Source: Candidatus Komeilibacteria bacterium (GTDB lineage Bacteria > Patescibacteriota > Patescibacteriia > UBA1558). Taken from it: a stretch of 64,000 bases of DNA. A model generated the notes under the pieces. The model was given only the letters and a program-made list of their open reading frames with translations, did no database searches and had not been told where the DNA came from. Location of the stretch: NCBI GenBank assembly GCA_048538235.1, contig JBLYPX010000001.1, forward strand, positions 264,013 to 328,012, read 5' to 3'. Positions 57,518 to 64,000 of this stretch are shown here, piece by piece. The translations under genes were made by a program, and so were the position numbers. Numbering within the stretch: position 1 is the stretch's first letter; each line of letters begins with the position of its first letter.

Positions 57518-60061
57518 ATGGTTAGAAAAGCAAAAAAAGAAGATAAAAAAAATAAACTAGATCTAAATTTAGAGCATTTTAGTATTGGTGATGAAGAGAT
57601 AGCCGCTGAGCTATCTGCCAGTGCCAAGAAAAAGGTACTTGCTAGTTATGAACTTGATCGTCTGATTGAACAATCTGATGATGCTTTTTTTGTTAACCAT
57701 CGTAAGAAACTAATCTTTACTCATTCTCCGCATTTATTAAATTTACAGGATAAGAAATTAAAAAAGAAGGAACAGGAAGAAGTAGTACCGCTAGAGGTTA
57801 AAAGTAAAAAACCTATACTTGATTCAATGAAGCCTGTTAATCTTCTTGTTAAAATGCAAAGATTGGCAGCTTGGCAAAGACCAAAGTTTTCATTTGAATT
57901 TCCAAATATATATAGATTATCTGTTATACAGATTATATATAGTGTATATAGATTATTCATACTACTACTTGTAGCTATTAAATATTCGTTTAAGCAAAGT
58001 GGTAAAGCTGTTGTTAAATCTGCTCAGGGAATAGGTAGGGGAGTTAAACATAGTAGGAATGCTTTTACAGATTCAATGATACTTAAATATAGTCGTAGCT
58101 TACTTGTGTTTATAATAGTAGCCGTAATGTTAATGCTACCTTACTTTGGTTTTGGTTTATACAGTAATGCGAAAACTGTTCAAGGTAGGGTAATGGGAGT
58201 TAGTCAGGAAGCAGCTCGTACTTGGCAAATGGGACTAGACAATATGATGCAGGGTAATTGGACAGAAGCTGAAACTAATTTTAATGAAGCTTCAATAAAC
58301 TTTGCTAATGCTCAAAGCATGCTTAGATCATATACTGAAGCATTAGATAAAGTTCCAGATTGGTTATCACTAGATAGTACTGAGGTTGGAACTGGTTTAA
58401 ACCTTGTTGAAATTGGAGCAGTTATGTCAGAGGTAAGTTTGAAATTGAATACAATAGCAGCTTTAAGTAATAAAGAAGGAATGTCACTATCTGATAAACT
58501 AATAGTGTTATCTGTTAATTTAAATGAGATATATGATTTATACTCAACAGTGGCAGTTAAAGTTAACAAGATTAACTTAAAGGTTATACCCGAAGAATAT
58601 AGATCAATTTTTGCTATTTGGCAGTCTCAAAGTAATGAACTATATAGTTATTTAGGTGAGGTTACAGATAATATTAATTGGATCCTATCCTTAACCGGAA
58701 CTTTAGAACCAAAAAGGTATTTACTTGTATTTCAAAATAGTAATGAGTTAAGAGCAACGGGTGGTTTTATGGGTAGTTTTGCACTTCTAGATATGGCAAA
58801 AGGTGAGATTCAAGATTTAAGTATACCTGGCGGCGGATTATATGATTTAGAATCTCAAGTAAGAGAAATGGTAGTAGCACCATACCCACATCAATTACTG
58901 GGTGCACGTTGGCAGATATGGGATGCAAACTGGTGGTCAGATTGGCCAACTACAGCGCGTAAGATAGCTTGGTTTTATGAGAGCGCCAATGGTCCAAGTG
59001 TTGATGGTGTGATAGCTATTAATAGTCAATTAATAATTGATCTGGTTGGATATTTTGAACCAATTGTAATGCCTGAATATGATAAAGAATTAACAAGCTC
59101 TAATGTGGTAACAGCCCTGCAACATGCTGTTGAATTTGAATATGATAAAACAGAGAATAAGCCAAAACAAATCTTAGCTGACCTTGCCCCAATTTTAATA
59201 GACGATATTTATAGTTTGCCACCGATTGAATTATTTGGTGTAGCTTCAATGCTTTATGATCATTTGGATAGGAGCGATATCCAGATTTATCTTTTTGATG
59301 AAGAGATGCAGTCTACTGTAGAAAATAAATCATGGTCTGGTAAAGTACCAGATATAACAGGGGATTATCTTCAGGTTGTAGTACATAATATTGGCGGAGG
59401 TAAATCAGACGAAGCTATTAAACAAACAGTAGATTATGATTTAGTTGTTGGACCAGATAATTACTTGATCGGTAAAGCTACAATCAAACGTGAACATCAA
59501 GGTGATATTAATGATGTATTTACTGGTCATAGAAATGTATCATTTATCCGCGTACTTGTTCCAAAGGGAAGTGAGCTTATTGCTGTAGAAGGAGCAATTG
59601 AACCAGACGAGAAATTATTTAAAGAAGTTCCAGATTACTTAGAAGCAGATAAGGATTTAATACAACTTGATGGAATAAATTATTATAATAAATTTAATAA
59701 ATATTATTCTGCAACCCAATTTAATAAACAAGTATTTGGTCAGTGGTTAATGGTAGATCCTGGTGAAGCAAAGGAGATTACTTTTATTTATAGATTACCA
59801 TTTAAAATAGACAAGGATGAACAAAAATCTAAAATAGCATCATGGCTTCTACCAGAACAATATAAATTAAACTATACATTCTATTATGATAAACAATCTG
59901 GAATGGATAACCAGACATTTAAGTTTAATTTTGTTATACCTAAAGCACTAGATAGTAAGTGGTTTTCAGATAGTTTAAATTCTATGTATAAAATAGGGAA
60001 GACACTATCTACAGAAGCTATAATTAATGAAGATTACCAACTAGGGTTTATTTTAAGGTAG
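57518..60061 (+). CDS. DUF4012 domain membrane protein
   Basis: RYLLVFQNSNELRATGGFMGS, DANWW.DWP..A, VDGVIAI, N.GG.KSD. Confidence 0.85.
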   Translation: MVRKAKKEDKKNKLDLNLEHFSIGDEEIAAELSASAKKKVLASYELDRLIEQSDDAFFVNHRKKLIFTHSPHLLNLQDKKLKKKEQEEVVPLEVKSKKPILDSMKPVNLLVKMQRLAAWQRPKFSFEFPNIYRLSVIQIIYSVYRLFILLLVAIKYSFKQSGKAVVKSAQGIGRGVKHSRNAFTDSMILKYSRSLLVFIIVAVMLMLPYFGFGLYSNAKTVQGRVMGVSQEAARTWQMGLDNMMQGNWTEAETNFNEASINFANAQSMLRSYTEALDKVPDWLSLDSTEVGTGLNLVEIGAVMSEVSLKLNTIAALSNKEGMSLSDKLIVLSVNLNEIYDLYSTVAVKVNKINLKVIPEEYRSIFAIWQSQSNELYSYLGEVTDNINWILSLTGTLEPKRYLLVFQNSNELRATGGFMGSFALLDMAKGEIQDLSIPGGGLYDLESQVREMVVAPYPHQLLGARWQIWDANWWSDWPTTARKIAWFYESANGPSVDGVIAINSQLIIDLVGYFEPIVMPEYDKELTSSNVVTALQHAVEFEYDKTENKPKQILADLAPILIDDIYSLPPIELFGVASMLYDHLDRSDIQIYLFDEEMQSTVENKSWSGKVPDITGDYLQVVVHNIGGGKSDEAIKQTVDYDLVVGPDNYLIGKATIKREHQGDINDVFTGHRNVSFIRVLVPKGSELIAVEGAIEPDEKLFKEVPDYLEADKDLIQLDGINYYNKFNKYYSATQFNKQVFGQWLMVDPGEAKEITFIYRLPFKIDKDEQKSKIASWLLPEQYKLNYTFYYDKQSGMDNQTFKFNFVIPKALDSKWFSDSLNSMYKIGKTLSTEAIINEDYQLGFILR

Positions 60062-60083
60062 TGGATATTATAGAAAAACCATT

Positions 60084-60110
60084 AAAATAGCTAATCTTAG
60101 CTATTTTTTT
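60084..60110 (+). terminator. Terminator after DUF4012 gene
   Basis: AAAATAGCTAA-TC-TTAGCTATTTTTTT. Confidence 0.65.
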
Positions 60111-60131
60111 ATTAATAAGGGGATAAATGAC

Positions 60132-60160
60132 TTGACAAATATATAAATATGGTGTATAGT
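60132..60160 (+). promoter_or_regulatory. Sigma70-type promoter of the RNA/small-protein locus
   Basis: TTGACA-17-TATAGT. Confidence 0.75.
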
Positions 60161-60194
60161 ACTATATTAAACGATATTTACATCTAAATAACAT

Positions 60195-60284
60195 ATCCTT
60201 GGAGAGAGGGATAATATACAAAACATAAACAGATTTATTTATGAAAAGCAACTGTCAGAACCTCTCTCCAGTTGCTTTTCTTTT
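60195..60284 (+). promoter_or_regulatory. Attenuator-like leader with alternative pairings
   Basis: 12-bp stem 60243-54/60269-80 plus TTTT; TGGAGAGAGG 60200-09 is complementary to CCTCTCTCCA 60261-70. Confidence 0.55.
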
Positions 60285-60290
60285 GCCAAA

Positions 60291-60467
60291 ATTAGTTGTT
60301 TTAAGAGGGGAGAGTTAATCTAGGTACTATCTCGCATAATTATCTAGATCGTGGAGATATGTTTAAGTAAATTCTGGTCTGACTAGAAATTACCTATTAC
60401 TATCTTCTTTGTCTAAGAGGCTTCGGCCATAACTTAGACCTAACTCTCTTGCCTTAAGATAGTTAAT
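60291..60467 (+). ncRNA. Candidate multibranch structured RNA (~177 nt)
   Basis: Long closing stem 60291-317/60441-467 with several G-U pairs; internal hairpins including GGC-TTCG-GCC. Confidence 0.5.
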
Positions 60468-60506
60468 AATAACTATTAGAACCTTAAACTGAATTGGAGA
60501 GAAATC

Positions 60507-60728
60507 ATGAATATGAACAAGGCAGCTTGGAGTTGCATAATGATCGTTATTGGTCTCGTGGTAATTGACGGAAGTTTTGGTCAGTACGTAACTGAACTGT
60601 TCGGTCAATCGATTGGCCAATTGATTCGTCTTGCTCTCGTTGGAATTATGGGAATATCTTGCTGGTTTCTGTTCAGAAACTATTCAAAATTTCTCAAAGA
60701 CCAACCAAAACCCTTCCCGAAGAATTAA
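60507..60728 (+). CDS. Small two-TM membrane protein (array gene 1)
   Basis: GGAGAGA SD; two hydrophobic helices and a basic tail. Confidence 0.7.
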   Translation: MNMNKAAWSCIMIVIGLVVIDGSFGQYVTELFGQSIGQLIRLALVGIMGISCWFLFRNYSKFLKDQPKPFPKN

Positions 60729-60740
60729 CTTCGGGAACCT

Positions 60741-60791
60741 CCCAAGTCTAGTACTTAGGTAATAGATTTAGGAAGTAATTTGTACATTGAA
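60741..60791 (+). repeat. 51-bp direct repeat, copy 1 (hairpin plus boxA-like motif)
   Basis: CCCAAGTCTAGTACTTAGGTAATAGATTTAGGAAGTAATTTGTACATTGAA, identical to 61080-61130. Confidence 0.95.
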
Positions 60792-60812
60792 CGTAAATAG
60801 AAAGGATTTGTT

Positions 60813-61037
60813 ATGAAAACAAATTTGCAAGTAGCACTTGTTGGCTGCATAGCAGTAATTATCGGCTGTGTTATTGCCACAGTTAATGGTATCAAGTATT
60901 TGGAGGATAGTTCCTGGAAAATGCCATCAGGTGATGCAGGTGTTGTCACGATAGCAATGTTGTTGGGATTGATCATGATCTTCTATGGAATATTTAAACA
61001 GCTTCGTGAGGAGAATAAAACTCACGACATTAACTAG
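60813..61037 (+). CDS. Small two-TM membrane protein (array gene 2)
   Basis: GAAAGGA SD; two hydrophobic helices and a charged tail. Confidence 0.7.
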   Translation: MKTNLQVALVGCIAVIIGCVIATVNGIKYLEDSSWKMPSGDAGVVTIAMLLGLIMIFYGIFKQLREENKTHDIN

Positions 61038-61079
61038 TTCCTGTTCTTCCCAGAAACAGATAATCGTATTCTGGGACTC

Positions 61080-61130
61080 CCCAAGTCTAGTACTTAGGTA
61101 ATAGATTTAGGAAGTAATTTGTACATTGAA
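61080..61130 (+). repeat. 51-bp direct repeat, copy 2
   Basis: Identical to 60741-60791. Confidence 0.95.
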
Positions 61131-61151
61131 TTTAAATATAAGAGGTAAGAG

Positions 61152-61316
61152 ATGAAACGTTTAATGATTTTTTTGATGATTTTGGCAATTGGTGCTCTGT
61201 ATGTCGGTTATGACCATTTAATGGGTCAGTTAACGAAAGAAATGCTTTTCATTGATGTTTTAGCAAGCTTGATTGCTGCGACAGTAATATCTCTTACCGC
61301 AAAGGTAGAAAAGTAA
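61152..61316 (+). CDS. Small two-TM membrane protein (array gene 3, 54 aa, not in ORF track)
   Basis: MKRLMIFLMILAIGALYVGYDHLMGQLTKEMLFIDVLASLIAATVISLTAKVEK*; AGAGGT SD; same 21-nt repeat-to-ATG distance as gene 2. Confidence 0.68.
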   Translation: MKRLMIFLMILAIGALYVGYDHLMGQLTKEMLFIDVLASLIAATVISLTAKVEK

Positions 61317-61408
61317 TCTATCCCTAGCTGGTTATCATAACAGCTAGGGGAACATCTTAAATATATTAAATGTTTAGTATATTTAAAATGTTTTTTGAAA
61401 ATAGATGT

Positions 61409-61602
61409 AGACTTTGTAAATTTGGAGATTGGAGTCGGATATAATTTAAAACATATAAATATTCATATCCATCGCTCTAGTCTCCAGTTTTACAAAGTTT
61501 AACTTAATTCTAATTGTAGTAGGGTTATAATAATAATGAATTCGGTATAGTCCTCGTGGCGAAAATTGAGTTTGTGCATAGCCCTATTACAATTAGAATT
61601 AA
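61409..61602 (+). ncRNA. Two adjacent long imperfect hairpins (61409-61500, 61504-61602)
   Basis: AGACTTTGTAAA/TTTACAAAGTTT plus TGGAGATTGGAG/CTCTAGTCTCCA; 25-bp TTAATTCTAATTGTAGTAGGGTTAT/ATAGCCCTATTACAATTAGAATTAA. Confidence 0.5.
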
Positions 61603-61607
61603 TATAT

Positions 61608-61690
61608 GGCAGTGCAGTCTGAAAGAATGCCAGGGGCAGCCTGAATAAGGTTAGACTGTAGACGGAGGTTCGATTCCTTCCATTGCCGCA
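61608..61690 (+). ncRNA. tRNA-like element (acceptor and T-arm, non-canonical D/anticodon region)
   Basis: GGCAGTG/CATTGCC 7-bp acceptor stacked on GGAGG-TTCGATT-CCTTC; no canonical anticodon loop; no encoded CCA. Confidence 0.6.
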
Positions 61691-61697
61691 ACAGCAA

Positions 61698-61727
61698 ATA
61701 AAGGAGAGAATAATTTCTCTCCTTTAT
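61698..61727 (+). terminator. Terminator-like hairpin after the tRNA-like element
   Basis: ATAAAGGAGAGAA-TAAT-TTCTCTCCTTTAT perfect 13-bp stem; weak U-tract. Confidence 0.55.
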
Positions 61728-61786
61728 CTACCTTGACAGTAATTTGAAATATTATAAAATTACAGTGGTAATAAAGTATTTGTTGC

Positions 61787-61909
61787 CAAAAAGCTGTGCC
61801 CTTATTGAAGGCTGAATTATAGTTTTTTTACCCACATAACTGTGCGGTAACTCTCTCCTAAAAGAAGACTATAACTCATGCAATCCTCTCAGTGGGGCAC
61901 AGCTTTTTG
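61787..61909 (+). ncRNA. Candidate rod-shaped small RNA with its own promoter
   Basis: TTGACA(61733)-16-TAAAAT upstream; CAAAAAGCTGTGCCC/GGGCACAGCTTTTTG closing stem, inner stems and a T-run after. Confidence 0.55.
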
Positions 61910-61964
61910 TTTTATTTAAGTATCTAGACAAATACCTTAAAATAGCGTATAATTCTATCGTTTT

Positions 61965-63557
61965 ATGTTTAATAAAATTTGGAACAAATTAATAACAACA
62001 GTTACCGGTGGGGCAGTTTTGATTGCCTTTTTTTCTATTCTTGCAAAATTGGTTGGTTTATTAAGAGATAGAATATTAGCAAGTACATTTGGTGCTGGTA
62101 GAACTTTGGATATATATTATGCTAGTTTTCGTTTGCCAGACTTTATTTTTAACACTTTGGTGCTTGGTGCATTAGCTGCCGCTTTTATTCCAGTCTTTAT
62201 TAGACTATGGGATATAGATAAGAATAAGGCTTATGAACTAGTCAATATTGTTATAACTAAACTAGTTATTATTTTAAGTTTATTAGCTGTCATTGCAATA
62301 ATTTTTGCACCATCAATTGTTGGTGTGCTTGCACCTGGTTTTGATCTTGCTAGTCAACAACAAACAGTTACCTTAACTAGAATAATGCTGATTAGTATTA
62401 TTTTCTTTGGTATTAGTAATGTGTTTTCTGGAACATTAAATGCTTGGAGAGATTTTGTACCATATGCGATTGCTCCAATATTCTATAATGTTGGAATTAT
62501 AGTTGGTGTTTTATTGCTATACCCAAGCTTTGGTTTAAAAGGATTAGCTAGTGGTGTTGTTTTGGGATCTATATTACATCTTTTAACTCAATATCCATCA
62601 GTACGTAAGCATGGTTGGAAGTACGGGTTTACAGTTAAAAATACAGTTGAGACAACTAGAATGTTTTGGTTGATGCTTCCTAGGACAATTGGTCTAGCTG
62701 CTAACCAAATAAACCAAGTGGTTATTACTTCTATTGCTTCAACTTTAACAATTGGTAGTATTGCTGTATTTAATTTAGCTTCTAATTTACAAAGTTTTCC
62801 AATTTCAATATTTGGTCTATCCTTTGCTATTGCAGCCTTTCCAGTTATGTCCAGAGCTTGTACAAGTGAAAACAAACAAGACTTTAGAGGTAGTTTTTCT
62901 ATAACCTTCAGAAGAATACTTTTTTTCATAATTCCAATTTCTGTTTTAATCTTAGTGCTGCGTGCTCAGATTGTTCGTGTGGTATTAGGAGCTGGTGTTT
63001 TTGATTGGGAAGATACATATTTTACAGCTCAGATACTAGGTGTCTTTTCTATCTCTTTATTTGCTCAAGGAACAATACCGTTACTAGCTAGAGCTTTCTA
63101 TGCCTTTGAAAACACTGTAATACCAGTTGCAATTGGTATTGTGAGTGTAATTATTAATATTGTTTTGTCTATATATTTATCTCCTTCAATGGGGATTATT
63201 GGTTTAGGTGTAGCTTTTACAGTAGCTAATATTGTAAATATGTTAGCTCTACTTATTGTGTTAAGAGAAAGAGTTGGAGATCTGGATGATAAAACAATAA
63301 TTAAATCTGTATTTAAGATAAGTATTAATTCTATCCTAGCTGGTCTTACAACCTATGGACTATTAAACTTAATAGCGCCAGCTGTAAATATGCAAAGCTT
63401 TTTAGGTATATTTATTCAAGCATTACTAGCAGGAATTGGTGGTATGATTGTTTACTTCCTACTTTCTGCTTTTACAAATATGTCAGAGATGAAAGTTATT
63501 ACAGATTTTGTTAGGTCATATATTAAACCTTTATTAAAGAGAAATGGATCAGTCTAA
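61965..63557 (+). CDS. murJ: Lipid II flippase MurJ (MviN)
   Basis: GLLRDR..A..FG, FRLPD, AAFIPVF, RAFYA; TAGACA-17-TATAAT promoter. Confidence 0.95.
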   Translation: MFNKIWNKLITTVTGGAVLIAFFSILAKLVGLLRDRILASTFGAGRTLDIYYASFRLPDFIFNTLVLGALAAAFIPVFIRLWDIDKNKAYELVNIVITKLVIILSLLAVIAIIFAPSIVGVLAPGFDLASQQQTVTLTRIMLISIIFFGISNVFSGTLNAWRDFVPYAIAPIFYNVGIIVGVLLLYPSFGLKGLASGVVLGSILHLLTQYPSVRKHGWKYGFTVKNTVETTRMFWLMLPRTIGLAANQINQVVITSIASTLTIGSIAVFNLASNLQSFPISIFGLSFAIAAFPVMSRACTSENKQDFRGSFSITFRRILFFIIPISVLILVLRAQIVRVVLGAGVFDWEDTYFTAQILGVFSISLFAQGTIPLLARAFYAFENTVIPVAIGIVSVIINIVLSIYLSPSMGIIGLGVAFTVANIVNMLALLIVLRERVGDLDDKTIIKSVFKISINSILAGLTTYGLLNLIAPAVNMQSFLGIFIQALLAGIGGMIVYFLLSAFTNMSEMKVITDFVRSYIKPLLKRNGSV

Positions 63558-64000
63558 GATAAGAAATTTTGGTATTATTGCCCACATTGATCACGGTAAG
63601 TCTACATTGGCTGATCGTTTTTTAGAAATAACTGAAACTGTAGCAAAAAGAGATATGCAGGCTCAGCTACTGGATACTATGGATATTGAAAGAGAACGTG
63701 GTATTACTATTAAACTTCAACCCGCTACTATGATGTATAAGGGGTATCAGTTGAATTTAATAGACACTCCTGGTCATGTAGATTTTAATTATGAGGTGTC
63801 TAGATCATTAAAGGCTGTTGAAGGTGTTGTTTTAGTAGTAGATGCTACCCAAGGAATTCAAGCTCAAACCTTAGCTAATCTATACCTTGCATTAGAACAA
63901 GATTTGGTTGTAATTCCAGTTATTAATAAAATAGATTTACCAGCAGCAGATTTGGAAATGGTTAGTAATGAAATAATAAATCTTCTTGGTTGTAAAGCGG
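63544..64000 (+). CDS. lepA: Elongation factor 4 (LepA), runs off the window end
   Basis: [63 protein letters not shown]. Confidence 0.96.
   Translation, partial: MDQSKIRNFGIIAHIDHGKSTLADRFLEITETVAKRDMQAQLLDTMDIERERGITIKLQPATMMYKGYQLNLIDTPGHVDFNYEVSRSLKAVEGVVLVVDATQGIQAQTLANLYLALEQDLVVIPVINKIDLPAADLEMVSNEIINLLGCKA

Noticed and set aside
60741-61130. CRISPR array
   Set aside because: Only two repeats, 288 bp apart with an ORF between them; no cas genes in the window
60291-61602. Integron attC cassettes
   Set aside because: Hairpins lack RYYYAAC/GTTRRRY ends and there is no tyrosine recombinase in the window
61608-61690. tRNA-Sec, tmRNA or a standard tRNA
   Set aside because: No TCA or other canonical anticodon loop, no G3-U70 alanine identity or tag ORF, no CCA
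1169-62929. Short antisense or overlapping ORFs in the track (e.g. 1169, 4497, 8719, 9684, 25602, 45631, 60390, 60755, 62588)
   Set aside because: Shadows of real genes or RNAs on the opposite strand, without RBS or recognisable motifs
1-64000. Alternative genetic code (TGA=Gly as in Gracilibacteria/Absconditabacteria)
   Set aside because: Conserved genes are full length in code 11, and several end at TGA exactly at ATGA-type junctions

Overview
AT-rich bacterial chromosomal segment in standard genetic code. The gene set looks like Patescibacteria/CPR (Parcubacteria-like); this is inferred from the orphan VirD4/HerA-like ATPase, DUF4012 protein, short dcw cluster and SD-less core genes. Core content: dusB, cysS, corA, dnaX, a group 3b [NiFe]-hydrogenase cluster running directly into pgk-eno-gpmI-gpmI, uppP, pcm, mltG, L10 leader-rplJ-rplL, mraZ-rsmH-ftsL-ftsI-murF, a MacAB-like exporter, rarA, murJ, partial lepA, tRNA-Gln(CTG) and tRNA-Glu(CTC). 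Scattered among these are small orphan gene cassettes, usually with their own sigma70 promoter, a boxA-like motif, a strong Shine-Dalgarno and a terminator. The most unusual locus is 60.1-61.9 kb: promoter, attenuator-like leader, a ~177-nt multibranch RNA, three small two-helix membrane-protein genes separated by an identical 51-bp hairpin+boxA-like repeat, two long RNA hairpins, a tRNA-like module with no canonical anticodon arm, and a separately promoted rod-shaped RNA whose exposed CTCTCTCC is complementary to the leader and to the first RBS. No integrase, transposase, cas or reverse transcriptase gene was seen. All structures and alignments were read by eye, not computed.
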